Notes: generated from the letters alone by a model not told the origin. Shown: positions 38,267-51,180, counted from the whole stretch's first letter. The stretch is 63,819 bases of DNA, filler included, from Circinaria calcarea (GCA_051942165.1; 5 parts of 5 records of this genome joined end to end with filler, not necessarily neighbours in it); one strand, 5' to 3'. A program made the numbers and translations.

Positions 38267-38366
38267 NNNNNNNNNNNNNNNNNNNNNNNNNNNNNNNNNN
38301 NNNNNNNNNNTTAATTAATTAANNNNNNNNNNNNNNNNNNNNNNNNNNNNNNNNNNNNNNNNNNNN
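38267..38366. other. Artificial contig spacer
   Basis: 44 N + TTAATTAATTAA + 44 N. Confidence 0.98.
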
Positions 38367-38484
38367 CTTCTCCTTCTTCTGCTTCTTCACCTTCTCCTTC
38401 ACCTCATTTGTTTGTCCATCTTTACACGGACATGGACAAACAAATGAGGTGAAGGAGAAGGTGAAGAAGCAGAAGAAGGAGAAG
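38367..38484. repeat. Perfect 53-bp inverted repeat at a contig start
   Basis: 38367-38419 is the exact reverse complement of 38432-38484, with a 12-nt spacer. Confidence 0.95.
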
Positions 38485-39322
38485 AAGGGGGGAGGAGGAG
38501 GGGGGGGAAGAGTCAAAGGTGCAAAAAGCAGTGAATCCACATGAAATGTGTTCACTCTCGAGCACGTTCTACGTCCTTACAAAACAGGATACACCCAATA
38601 GAATATTACCATTGAAAAAGAGTGTAATTTTATTCTTCATTAGACGCCCCGATGTTAGATTTTTCGGTTGCTATCCTCTTCTCATCCCATCCTGTCCGGA
38701 GTCTAGCGTACAAATGAGCACCCTCTATCATAGTTTTCGATCCGTCGATTTGAACTTTCTTATCCTCTTCCACTCAGCTCGAACCCAAGCGCATCCCAAA
38801 AGGATCTTCTTCCTCCCAAATCCTGAAAAGACAAAAGCACGCTTGCTAAAAGCGCGAGAAGGAAGAAGGAAATGTCGTGATGAGTCGGAGGGGAGAATGC
38901 AAGTTGCTACTGCCAATTGAGGTTCCCATTAAACCTTCCTCCCGCAAGCGCCAGCAAAGCCAAGGTGCTGCCAATGCCGTGTCCCGCACGGGAACGCTGT
39001 AATTGTAGTTTGAATCTTTTGTTTGGGAAAAATCCGCCATGCCGCTGAAAACAAGAGTGATCTGAGTAGGGCGCAGAAATTGCAAGAGTTGAGCAATTTT
39101 CTCAAGAGGCGTTAGCGTAAATAGCCCAATAGGTCGTAAATAGCGTTTGGAGATTGGACGCTTAAGCACCAAGGGTGCAGGATTTAGCCAAACAGCCAAT
39201 AAGCCGGTCTGTGTAGATCAGTGTAAAGGTCAATAATGGAGTGCGTCCATCATTATCTTAGGAACCGAAGATCAGATATGACTGAAGAATATAGAAATGG
39301 TCGAACATCAATAGTCATAAAG

Positions 39323-42091
39323 TCATATAGAGTCCAGTCTCTCCTTAGATTTCCAAAATCGCATCAGCCGGCTCATCCGATTGCCCTTCTTCTTATCCGG
39401 CTTATCATGATCATCATGTTGCGCACGTGATTCTATGGATAACTTGCTCTTTTCTCCATAGGAGCCGCCGACAAGCCTAGAAAGGCTAGCAAGACTCGAA
39501 CGCTTCCCCGCATATGCAGGCCGCGTTCTTGCAGGCGCTGCAGCTGTAAAGGACGAGGCACGTTCGCCGGATGGACGCGATACTCCACTGCTAGAGATAC
39601 GAGGTGGGTATGCACTAATCATGGTTGAGGCGCTGCTTGTTAGTGAAGGAACATCATCGGTGGAATAGCCTATGCTCTGTCCTTGATCTCGTGATGAGCT
39701 CCAGGCAGTCCTATCTGTAACTGAAGAATGTGCCGTGTTCAAGCGGGGAACATCAAAAGATGTATTTGTAAAATCTGGAGTGGAAAGAGCTGACGGTGCC
39801 GTCTGAGATATTTCAAAATCTTGTCCTGGACTTGAAATAGCAAGGGTTAACGGGGCCGAAGCAGGACGAGGTAAACCCTCGTTAGAAAGTCTAGGTGTAA
39901 TTGTGCATTCGTCAGATGACTTCGTAACAACGGAGGTGCGAGGTTCCTCGCCAGCATCAACAATCTCAACAGGAAAGGCCTCTTCCGTAAGGGGCGCACG
40001 TGCTGGAGTAGTCAATTGTTCTGGTGCTGGTCGTTCACCGGTGTCTGAAACATCCACCTTGTCATGGTCTTGGTGACCTGCCTCTGGTTCCTCTTGATCT
40101 GGCAAGTTTCCATCTCCGTGACCGACATCCACAACTAGAACGCCGAGGCCGGTCAAGACAGTGTCATCTATAGCCTCACTAACTTCTGGAGTCATGGGCA
40201 ATGGTATATCACTCTCTTCGTCTTCTTCAAAGACATCAGCCATGGCAGAATTGCTACCTAAATGGTGCAGCCCAAATGCCTGATGATCAACTGGTTCCAT
40301 TTCAGGGGCACTCTCTGCACGTCGATGATAGTGCATTCCTGGGCCAGCAAACCCTCCAGTGACCCCACTGCTATGCATACGACGCTTGGCCGAAGAGAAC
40401 CCACCTGTTGCAGTTCGATCCTCGACACTCCCCATTATCGGCGTATTGAAGGGGCCCAAGGCAGCATCGAGGTCAAGGATAGGACTAGATGTACTAGACG
40501 TGTCCGAGTCTGGAAGAGGACTGGACTGGCGCGGTTTCCAGGTTGAAAAGTCGATTCTAGCAGAGCGTGGGGTAGCATTTGGTGAGTCATTGGTAATGCA
40601 TGTCGTGTCCTCGTCGAAATCTATATTGTCAAAGGAGAGATTCTCTAGTGATATAGAGTTATCGAGACCATGAAGAGGCGGCCCTGATGGGGAACAAAGC
40701 GATGAGTTCTTGTCTGCATCTTGAAGCTTCGCTTTCTTCGTTAGAACCGATCCTGTCCAGGGCTTCGTTTTTCTCAAGCTTTTAACTGTGCTTGACACGG
40801 GAGATGATTTGGGTCTATTCAGTGGCGATCTCACAATGGGCTTCTTTTGCAACTGCGGAATGGTCGTCTCAGATACCTTACTGTACTCTGCATGATCTTC
40901 AACGACGGCATCGGAAGGCATAAAAGGTGAAAGGCTGATGCCATAATTGAGAGCTCTGGGGCTGGAATCTCTAGGTGGAAGCCCGACACTTAGCGATTGG
41001 TCTGGAAAAGTAGGGGACGATGAGAAATACGTAGTAAACGCATCCTTCCCACCAAGAGAATTCCTGAAATATGAGGTATCTAGAACAGAACCAGCAGTCC
41101 TAGGCCATGCTCTTGCAGCGTCCTGCCCCAATGGTATCTCAGAGAAAGACTGGCTTCTCTTTACCGATGGCGGACTAGATGTGCCTCCACTTATGATAGA
41201 GCTTATACTGCCCGTAACGGAATGACTGGCTCGAGTGGTCGAAAAACTGCTTGAGGTATCGGAAGATATTGAAGATAACGGTCGCGGAATGAATTCGATG
41301 GTATCCGAGAAGCCAACGCGAGGTCGCGGTCTGCTTTTTCCAGGAGAATGATCAGAACGACGAAACGTAGGTAGCTCCGATATTGACTGTGATGATGTGA
41401 GGAAGGGTTGAGAGGACGACCTATCAACACCAGGTAGAAAGTGCTGATTGATGCCTGGATCAGAAGGCGTCGTTGGTGCACTGCCTGATCTTAGGGCACT
41501 GGGATCGTTCAAAGGCCGTAGTATTGTGGATAAGTCATGACTAGAGATTGCTCCTGATCGACGGTGTGCATGACCACGCTTGCTGCCAGGTGGCCCAAGA
41601 CGATTTACTTGCGGTGCTGGGAGTACACCTTCACCCTTGGTCGGACTTGTGCTCATCAATCCCGGCCCACCGTCTTTCCCGTCACCTCCAATAAATTCAC
41701 TGCCGCCTCTTCGATGTCCACTTGCACGTGACGCTGGTAGCCCAGTATTCGTTGGCGATTGCGGTGCGGGAGAGTCGATGAAGGGAGAAGTACTGTCGGC
41801 ACCTGAGGGGTGAAAGTCGAAGGCTGGAAGATTGTTGACACAGATTCCTTGAGGTTTCGTCCGAGCAAGAGATCGCCTGCTACCTGCAGTAGTCTCAGCA
41901 ACTGGACGTATTCTGACACCCGAGTTGGTATTGTCGACCTGAGGAGGCTGCATTGGGAAGACAAAGGGCGGATTGGGTTCTGTCATTTTAGGCATTGTCG
42001 AGCGTGAGGTGAAGATGTCTGCGCCCATTGAATCATCGGGACCGGAGACCAATGGCATGGTAGTAGCTTGGGCAAGCGACATCCCCGCCAT
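39323..42091 (-). CDS. Conserved hypothetical Ser/Pro-rich disordered protein
   Basis: ORF >900 aa with short motifs HRRGGSEFIGG, HAHRRSGAIS, RVGFSD.IEFIPRP, LDLDAALGPF, HRRAESAPEM and RMSRLMRFWK. Start at the first ATG (MAGMSL). Confidence 0.75.
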   Translation of the reverse strand: MAGMSLAQATTMPLVSGPDDSMGADIFTSRSTMPKMTEPNPPFVFPMQPPQVDNTNSGVRIRPVAETTAGSRRSLARTKPQGICVNNLPAFDFHPSGADSTSPFIDSPAPQSPTNTGLPASRASGHRRGGSEFIGGDGKDGGPGLMSTSPTKGEGVLPAPQVNRLGPPGSKRGHAHRRSGAISSHDLSTILRPLNDPSALRSGSAPTTPSDPGINQHFLPGVDRSSSQPFLTSSQSISELPTFRRSDHSPGKSRPRPRVGFSDTIEFIPRPLSSISSDTSSSFSTTRASHSVTGSISSIISGGTSSPPSVKRSQSFSEIPLGQDAARAWPRTAGSVLDTSYFRNSLGGKDAFTTYFSSSPTFPDQSLSVGLPPRDSSPRALNYGISLSPFMPSDAVVEDHAEYSKVSETTIPQLQKKPIVRSPLNRPKSSPVSSTVKSLRKTKPWTGSVLTKKAKLQDADKNSSLCSPSGPPLHGLDNSISLENLSFDNIDFDEDTTCITNDSPNATPRSARIDFSTWKPRQSSPLPDSDTSSTSSPILDLDAALGPFNTPIMGSVEDRTATGGFSSAKRRMHSSGVTGGFAGPGMHYHRRAESAPEMEPVDHQAFGLHHLGSNSAMADVFEEDEESDIPLPMTPEVSEAIDDTVLTGLGVLVVDVGHGDGNLPDQEEPEAGHQDHDKVDVSDTGERPAPEQLTTPARAPLTEEAFPVEIVDAGEEPRTSVVTKSSDECTITPRLSNEGLPRPASAPLTLAISSPGQDFEISQTAPSALSTPDFTNTSFDVPRLNTAHSSVTDRTAWSSSRDQGQSIGYSTDDVPSLTSSASTMISAYPPRISSSGVSRPSGERASSFTAAAPARTRPAYAGKRSSLASLSRLVGGSYGEKSKLSIESRAQHDDHDKPDKKKGNRMSRLMRFWKSKERLDSI

Positions 42092-44178
42092 TGTGTGACT
42101 CTGTGACCCCAGGACAGATCCTCCGTCAGTGCACACTCAGGGATTGTCGGAAGGACCTCTTTTTAATCCAGGGACCTGTTACTTGTTGGGCGATAGATAC
42201 CAAAGTTGAGGAGGTGCCGTTGAGAGGTGCTGAAGCCAGCCTTTCTGCAACCTAGGTTGAACGTTGTCTGTGGGCAAGCCAGCAAAGGGCGGTGAACGGC
42301 AAAGTTGGAGAAATGAATGAGTGACACTTGGGATACTGGATTTTGGGTACTGATATGGTGACTCTAGTCAGTGTCCATGGCCGCTGGAGAAGAGATGGGG
42401 ATGGGACTGGTGTGCGTCAAAGGAGCAAATCGTACCTGGAGAGAATGAGTGGATGCAAAACATGCGGCTTATCTTTCAAAAGAATGGACGGCAACAGCTC
42501 TGAGCAGAGGGTTAGTCTGTCAGGAGTGAGCTAGAGACGGTGAGGGGTGGGGAGGAGAGGGAAGGTAAGGTGGTGGTGATGATAATGGAGATGGTGATGA
42601 TTATGGAGGGAAAGACGGCTTCTCTGCGAGCAGCGAGTCAAAGGTCCGTAAAGCGAGATTGGCTAACGCACTTGTGGCTTAGTGACGGAGGCTTGGAAAG
42701 CTCTGATTTGACGATCGACTGGCTTGACCTGGTTCTACGGAACGTCACGTTCAAGGCACCGGGACGCGATTTTCCGTTTTCAATCATGGCCTTACAATTA
42801 GATTGATAGCCCCTCATGTTCACCCAGTGCCTGAACTGAACTGTGGGAAGCCCGGTCGCTATCGATCTTGTGCTCTTCTCAGGACTTTTGCCCCGAGTCA
42901 AAGAGTACCTGAAGGACGGCTCCGAGAGGTTAGTACCCATGGCTCTCGGCACGGGTCCAACGAGCAGACATCTGCAAAGGAAGGTCATTTGATTGCCATT
43001 GCGGAGATATCGGCTGTGGCTGCACAATAGGATCTCGCGCCAAACTGGATCGAGGCGGGGCTTCTCCAAATACAGTTGGTTTGCGCTTGTATACTACTAC
43101 CCCAGTGACAGCGAAAAGCCCCCGAGTAGGGAATTTGCTGATCCTATCGCATCTCCCCATTCCCCAAAACCGAAAACCCTTTCCCGCAAGAAGATCTAAC
43201 TCCGCAGATTGCCGCAGCAATTTCGATTTACCGTGGTCGCGGGCATAATAGATGTTTTTCGCGACTTTCGACCAATTCCGGTATAATATGGAGAGTATCC
43301 TGCCGGTGTTTGTTCCAGCTCTCTATAAAATAAACTGTGATTTGGCCCTTCTATACTTATTGCAAGCGAACCACGCTAACATCTGTTATGCCTGCGACCA
43401 CAGTACTGTGTTAGCATCGTTTAGAGCAGTCTATGGCTAACCATCTGCTTCCGCCATGGTCACGGGACGGACTGTTGTTATAGTCCTAATTTGCCTAGCT
43501 CCCCGGTGGCTCAATGTACCTGAATGCGGCTGGTAGCTGTCACATTTGACAATGCTATTGTCCCTAATTGGCCTAATCAGTTCTAAAAAGGAGTGAAGAC
43601 AGAGTGGGGTTGAGTGGGCAAAGGGCTATGGCGGGGGATTTGGTTTCAGTCAGCGAGGATGGGGTGGGAAGAACTGAATATTCTAAAAGACTGGCGATTC
43701 GGTTCTGGGACGGTGAGGGGCCTAGCTCGTCTCGTCAGTGGATTGGCTTCAAAGTCAAGTGAATTGGGACGCCAGTGATTGATGAGAATAGCCATGCGCA
43801 TTTAATTATTTGTTGTGAACAATGCTCGCTGAGTTGCGGCGCCTTCGCACAAACGGGGCCGGTGAGCAGAAGTGGTTGCCGAGAACAATGATTTGGTACT
43901 GGAGGACCCCTCACATGGGAAGCATAGCTCACCGAATAACACATGGAACTTGGACGTATGGAAGCAGAGGTAGTAAGAATGAAGCATCCCTGATCGCCAA
44001 CGACTTTTGCTCGAAAGGGATTCAGGGTCGGGTCTCGTACGGTAGCCGAGTCAAAATTCCTGAATCTTTCGTTGTTGTATGAAGCATATCAACGGGCCTG
44101 CCAGTGGCTATCCAGTGAACAGCGAAACCTGGTCACACCGTATTGCATTGGGAATTGCTCATCGACCGGTACCGTATT

Positions 44179-46284
44179 ATGGCACTTTTGAGGATCGAAG
44201 CCAGGATTTCCTCATTGCTGTGTTTACAGATCCGTCGGGGACCGCTTTATCGGCCTCCTATAACTTCTGGACAACGGAATATTGAAACCTCCGCGATTAG
44301 TGATAGCCACAACGTAGATAAGACGTTGGATGGGCCAAACAACACGTTGAGAGGGTGGCTGCAGAGGCGGAAATGGAATGACTCGCCCCGGTGCTCAATT
44401 CTATCCAGGTCGCCTAGTATATTTGTAAGTGGTTAAAGAAACTTTTGTCACATCGACATTCTCTGACGCGGTTAGGCATCAGGCATATTCACCATCCCTA
44501 TCTATAAAACGAAGATATCTCCTTCCGCCACTCCCCTCGTTGTACTATTCGTAACGCCGGCGTTGACTGCTTTATTGAGCAATGCTAATGGCTTCATACC
44601 CAATGTTCTCCCTCAGGCATTCCAAGACCTAGCTACGGGGCAGGAAATAGATGTCCTTGCCGCAGTAGTTGACCAAATCTCCTACCCTCCCAGAGTCCGG
44701 CTACTAGGAAGTGGCTTGGGGGGTGATGGTTTAAAATATGGATCCGAAGGTGTGTCAATGTTAGTTGGCAATTCTGGTGCTATGGCACCCGACTTGTGGT
44801 CACCCCGGGACCAGATTTGTGAACGCGAGACGATGAGCATCGAACAACGCTGTTCACTTACCTTTATAACTCAGCCACCGACCAATGCCGCTACTGTACG
44901 CAAAGCCTCGGGCTTCCTCTGGAAACCAGTTGTCTCACGATCGGTCGAGCTTCCTTTGGCTAACACCTTATTTCAATCTGGTAAAACGTCGACGTTTTTT
45001 GCTCAGCGTTGGGTAGTCACAGAAACGCAATATGGAAAACCTCGACTAAAACGTGTCAAGCACAGCATCTTACACCAGCAGAATCTGAAATTTACTCACC
45101 AAGTGGGCATAGGCCAAGGAGCCTTTCATACTAGCCTTTACGATTACTTGACCCCTCCTCAAATCGTCACCGCCTCGATGGGTAACATCATACGGAGATT
45201 TCAGGTGGGCGATGATGCCGGTAAGGACGAACCCGCGTCGACGAAGCTTGAGGAAGCTATGTCGTTACGAAGAGGGGATTCCGAATCATTGCCGTTTATG
45301 TCAGAAGTTTGGGCTCAAGTGATACCCCGTGAACTTTGGTCAAGCCATCCGCGGCCGCTACCAGCGGGCGTAGAGATGACTAACCAAGGCTATCGGTTTC
45401 ACAGAGTTCTGAGTGGAGGCGGAGGATGGGGTAATAAACAAGGTTTGTTATCATTAGATCCCGATTCGACTTTTCATAGACCTGGGAATAATACCAACGG
45501 GGTATTCGGAGATGGACACGACAGCCAAAGCGAACAGCACGAAGCCTTTGGAGAGGTAGTTAGACCAGGAGATGCCGTCCGGTTTTTATTGTTCAATGAT
45601 AGGAGAGTCCCTCAGGACGAGGTCCACAGTCACTTTACCGGCTCCCAACCTCTGATGTTGATTGGACCTCCTTCATTTCGAATCGGGACCATCCCTTCTA
45701 CGATTGATGGGTTGCCAGACTCCGGAAAGCCCTTAAACAAGGCCGCAGACATGCCGGATTACATAGTCTTCAAAGGTCATTTTGGGGCATTATCTGAGAC
45801 CGGTATGAGTGTAGAGATCAAGACTTACGGACCTGAAGGAGAGACGTCTCACGGAGCTCAGAAAATGGGTACCGTAGTGCAGACAAAGGTTCCCCCGATG
45901 ACCACTTACGAAAAATACCGACTAGGACCTTTCATTGTTGAAGCCATTGGGAAGCAACCATTGGGCCTCCCGCTAATAGTCTCGGATAAGAAATCTTCGA
46001 GACGGTTGCGTCGATGGGATTCGCCATCAGATTCACCGCCTATAGAACCGCTACCGTTGAAACGATCCGCAGCCATTTCGGCTAAAAAGCCCCAACAAAC
46101 GTCCAGGAGACATTTGGTAGGAAAACAGGTTGCAGATCTTCACATTAAGCCGGAGATTCCCGGTAAGAAAAAGGGACAGGGAACTCTAATACGACGGCTC
46201 CATCCTCAACATTTGAAAGACAACCCCAAAGACAGCTTCATCAGATCCGTTCCTTTGCAGAAACAAGAGACCTATCCAAATTAG
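44179..46284 (+). CDS. Conserved hypothetical fungal protein, possibly mitochondrial
   Basis: Exon 44179-44424 (Arg/Leu-rich presequence-like start), intron 44425-44475, then a long exon with LPLANTLFQSG, ASMGNIIR, EVWAQVIP and HRVLSGGGGWGNKQGLLSLDP. Confidence 0.7.
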
Positions 46285-47138
46285 GAAACTCTACCTAAAA
46301 ACAACAGTTCCGCATCACCGCCTTCTCCTTTCCCAGGAACGTCAGACGACAGTTGAGATGTTGTTTCTTTCCTGCGCGAGGTTGAGGCTGAAAGAGAGGC
46401 GCGTGTAATCGAGGCTCACCAATACTTTGGAACTGGCGAGTTCCGCCCAGACAACAAAGTTGATGAAGTTGATGCAAACAACGGTCACAATGATGAACCC
46501 GCAGCAAAGGACCGTGCTGTTGATATGGGAAAGGGTAAGGGTTGAGTAAGCTTCTGGTGATTGAGCGTGGAAATTTAATATTATATCTAGCACTACACAT
46601 CTTGTATATTACTATAACTGTAGATTGCTGAAGCTGATTTAGCGTTGATTGTTTGGTAAGGTCGGTACTGGATGATGTCTTATGCAGAAGCCCTCGATAG
46701 CAGCTTTTATGTCGACCTTCAGAACCAACGCATCGATTCCAGACATATATCAGACTCCAAGTCACTATGACCCTACCAAATGTAATAGTACGCTGGTCGC
46801 TCAATAACTGTACGCTGGGTGTCAAAAAATCGTGGAAGCAACGATGTGCTGCGGTATGTAACGAAGTTGAATACCATGAAGGAGCCATTGTGTCAAGGAA
46901 TGTTGGTGAGGAACTTAGAGTTAGGAAGGGAAAGTCATGCAATAACGACAAGGAAGATGATAAATGCGGGCAGGAATGGTTCTCACAAGGACCAGGTCGA
47001 TCCTCGACGGTGGTCTGTTTGGTTGGCCTTGTCTGCCTCTGGCATATCTTTCGGTTTGTACAGCAACATCTCAATGGGCCGCCTGATCAGAGTTACCTAA
47101 CTTCTAATAAGCATCGATTACTTTACATGGATTGATCA

Positions 47139-47593
47139 TTATCCTGATCGACGGCTCTCGTCGAGCACGTCGACGTCCAATTCCTCCATAACTCCCAAGA
47201 CCACCCCCAGACTCTCCATGAACCCATTGACGGCAACTCTCAACATCCGGTTCGTCATAGCTTTGTACTCTGTGCGTAAGACTGTTCTGCTTCCATCGGT
47301 CTGTTCTTGGTCACACTCTTTCTGAGCAGATCCTTCCACTTGACTGTGCCCGTTAGTTTGGATGACGGATGAAGCACCGGCCGTGGTCAGTGAAAAGGAC
47401 CGCCGTACAAGCGGGGACAGTTCCGCATCAACTTGAAGGGCACGAAGGGCGGTGGATGCGAGGCGGTGGGTGGGAAGGGGGACGGAGATGGTTCTTGGCC
47501 CGGTCAGCTCATCGTGGTTCCGATGATCAAGGAGAGGTGGGCGAACAGCGAGCAAGGGAATTCCGCGTCTACGTCGTTGCTTGCCACGCTCAT
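47139..47593 (-). CDS. PCC1: EKC/KEOPS complex subunit Pcc1
   Basis: FPCSL|TISVPLPTHRLA..ALRALQVDAELS and YKAMTNRMLRVAVNGFMESL. Intron 47494-47546. Confidence 0.88.
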
Positions 47594-48158
47594 CCTAACC
47601 TTTGGCTTCCAGACGGGCGGGATGCTCCAAGGGTATCGGACGATGATGGATATTACTGAGTTTCTCAAGATGCGGCGGCAATCAGGACCCCAAGCTCCTT
47701 CAATTCCGTTTGTCCATATGTTTCGAACCACAGGCTTCGGGGTTCGTCGAGTCTGGCCCACTTTTTAGACAGCGCGCTAAGCGGTTGCCATGGTGAATGG
47801 CCTCTTTTTCCCCAATCGACCTTTCATGTCATCGTGCGTCAATTCATAATACAGAGCACAGTAGATTATTGTTGTCTTGTCAATCCAGCACTCCTTCTCT
47901 CATTATCCTCGCATCGTTACAAGCATCACATACTGCTGGAGGCTTCCGACGAGCTCTATGTTAAAGTTGACATTGTTAAACTATTGTTGTGTTTGATGTT
48001 GCATCGATATTGAGATATCAACAAGAGCGCCTTCCTCGAAGTGCGATTGCAACTACCCTCGTGCTCGTCTTGCGCAGCATCATTCGCCAAGGGGACCTGG
48101 CAATTACAGTACATCTTCGATAAGGAGAAGCTTGCGCCTGCCACCGCCTGCTGGAGAT

Positions 48159-50280
48159 ATGCCGCCTTCTGCGGCCAAGATGCCTCCTGCCCCCACGACG
48201 AGTTATGGACAAGTCATCGAGTATATCCAAGGTAAGTTGAACCAAACCACCCAGCCTTTCGCTCCTACCGCGCAAACCCATCGTACCACCTGGATTTTGT
48301 GTATCGACAAGGCTGGACTAGAATGTTACTGATAACCAACATTCCTAGACCGACTCTACCTTGCGTCATACACTCACCCGCCTAACGAGTCAACGCCTTT
48401 TCCATATCCGTCAACAGTCGCAAAATCTCCTCATAAGCGCTCGTCCAAGTCCCACGCTGGACCTACTCCTGTATTAAGCGGGCCAAAAGTACACCCACCC
48501 GCCTATTTTTCCGTCGATGATACATTACTCTATAATCGCTTTCATGCGGATTTCGGACCACTTCACATTGGACACTTGTACCGATTCGCAGTTGAGCTAC
48601 ATGAAGTCCTGGCCGATCCGGCAAATGCTGGCCGTGGAGTTGTGTTTTGGAGCAAAGCCGACTCCAGGAGTCGAGCGAATGCAGCGTGTCTGTTGGCTTG
48701 TTATATGGTAGTCATCCAAAACTGGCCACCTCACCTGGCCTTGGCGCCAATTGCGCAAGCGGACCCCCCACTTATGCCATTCCGCGATGCAGGATACAGC
48801 CAGGCGGATTATGGCCTCTCTGTTCAAGATGTTGTCTACGGGGTATGGAAGGCGAAGGAGGAGGGTCTCTGCGGAGTCAGGGATTTCAGCCTAGAAGAGT
48901 CAGTCTTTTCTTGTCGCCCGTTGAAGGCGTCTTACTAATATCAAGTCTAGATACGAGAAATATGAAAGAGTGGATATGGGAGATTTCAATTGGCTCACAC
49001 CTAACTTTGTTGCATTTGCTTCTCCACAGTCTCGACCAGTCACTCCAATTTCAACCACATCCCCTCTCTATGCTACGCTACCGAGTACGGTGGAAGCCGT
49101 CGAGCGCTCCAAACTTCCAGGACCATTCAAGAATGTCTTGTCTCACTTCTCTCAACGCGACGTTGGCCTCGTCGTGCGCTTAAACTCCGAGTTATATTCC
49201 CCATCATACTTCACTGCGCTTGGAATCAACCATCTCGATATGATTTTCGATGACGGGACTTGTCCACCTCTATCACTGGTGAAGAAATTTATCAAGCTAG
49301 CACACGAGACAATCACCGTGAAGCACAAGAACATAGCCGTTCACTGCAAAGCTGGGCTTGGAAGGACAGGCTGTTTAATTGGCGCCTACCTTATTTACCG
49401 TCACGGTTTCACCGCCAACGAGATCATTGCCTTTATGCGTTTCATGCGACCTGGTATGGTGGTTGGACCACAACAGCATTGGCTCCATCTTAACCAAGGC
49501 ACTTTCCGAGAATGGTGGTGGGAAGACATCATGAAGGAGAAGCTTGCTCTCATCCTGCCAACTACACCGACGAAGAGCTCTAGTCATAGACAACGAATGA
49601 TGGCCAATGGCCAAATCGCAACGCCGCCAAACGGAAGCCAGCAGGGTAAAAGATCAGCCTTGGGCGAGATCAATCACAATGAGTCGAACGCGACATCATC
49701 AATAGACGAATGTCTACCTGTTCCAACACCTGGACAACCCAGGAAGACTAGCCGAATGAACTCTCCCGTTCGGCCGTATGCGAGAGCTCAGTCCGGTAGC
49801 TACGGCGCCGACCAAGGAGAAAAGCCTGCAAACGAAATTATCGAGATGAGAAGTCACCGTCAGAGCCAAGGTCAAGGTGACGACGAAAGCGAAGAAGAAT
49901 GGCAATTACGCCTGCTCAGCCGTCGAACCAGCTCAAGGTCACCGGCAAGTAGCGACAAGAAACGAGCAATCAGCTACACCACCACCACGACCACGAGTAC
50001 GCGGTACAGTACCGTTGGCGACGAAGTGGGCGAAAATATCATGTCGGATGTGGAGAATTGGACCCAGGACGTGCAGATGGGCGATAAGGTCTCGCGGCCC
50101 AAGACTCCCGGTAGCACCAAGAGCGGCAGCGGTAGTGGCACGCTCGGGGTGAGTAAGGTGAGGGGCAGTCCCGTCCGGAGGAGCGCCGATAGCAGAGAGG
50201 CGAAAGCGGCGGGGATTCGAAAATCGAGTGGACGGGTGGGCAGTATCGGGGCGACGGCGGTGGCGAGGTCGAAATCTTGA
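48159..50280 (+). CDS. CDC14: Dual-specificity phosphatase Cdc14
   Basis: IEYIQDRLYLA, FHADFGPL, PFRDAGY, GDFNWLTP, catalytic VHCKAGLGRTG and RPGMVVGPQQ. Introns 48232-48348 and 48899-48950. Confidence 0.97.
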
Positions 50281-51043
50281 GGGCTCGGGTTGGATGGTGA
50301 TGCGCTCTCCTGTTGATATTGAGGTTCTCTTACACAAATATACACACGCGGCGGCATACATAGGCAACGCATGACTTTTTCTCTATCTCTCCCGGGGAGT
50401 CTACTGGGTTCGAGGAAACTGGGGGCTGGATGGATAGCAACTTGGCGTTTTTTGTCCTCGGGGGGGCTTCTTTTTACTCGGCTTGGTTTTGGGGCTACTA
50501 CTGGGAGAAGGGGGATGCAAAGTGAGGGAGGAGGAGGGAAAGCTCTTCTCCTTTTTTTGACACCCCGGAAACGAACTCCTGAAATGAATTGAAACTGGGA
50601 AATGTGCTTTTTCACTTTAAGTTGGGCGATTTGCCGGGGGGGGGGAGTTCCGTGGTTACTTTTACTTGTTTGTCCAATGGCCAAAAAAAAATGTCAAAAA
50701 TCAAAATCAAAATTCAAAATTATAATTAAAACAAAGTCGCAAGGACTTTTTTACTATAGAGAGTACGCTACCATCCCCATTCCCCATCCCAGGAAAAATT
50801 CCTCTTTCCCTAACCCTATGTAATAGTACCGATGTACCGATGTACATACGGAGGTAAAGAACTAAAGGGTACTTACTGTAAAATTACTCGTTTCTGGTAT
50901 ATATTGTATGTCTTTCTTTCGCTCACCTCGCCGCCCCGCCCCCCAAGGGAAGGTTGTGGAGGTTGTGGAGGTTGTGGATATCGGAGTGGGAGGCGAGGCC
51001 GTTTCCAAGCGGCTGCTACGAGGGGGGGATAAAAGGAGGAGGG

Positions 51044-51143
51044 NNNNNNNNNNNNNNNNNNNNNNNNNNNNNNNNNNNNNNNNNNNNTTAATTAATTAAN
51101 NNNNNNNNNNNNNNNNNNNNNNNNNNNNNNNNNNNNNNNNNNN
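51044..51143. other. Artificial contig spacer
   Basis: 44 N + TTAATTAATTAA + 44 N, followed by a poly-G tract at 51144-51180. Confidence 0.98.
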
Positions 51144-51148
51144 GGGGG

Positions 51149-51180
<32 letters not shown>

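Noticed and set aside
46295..47074. 259-aa minus-strand ORF
   Set aside because: Non-ATG start and unnatural composition; partly the antisense shadow of the coding-like plus-strand tail.
50878..51043. Possible minus-strand 3' gene fragment (…KKDIQYIPETSNFT) with a GGAGGTTGT repeat
   Set aside because: Noisy contig-end sequence, too short to assign.
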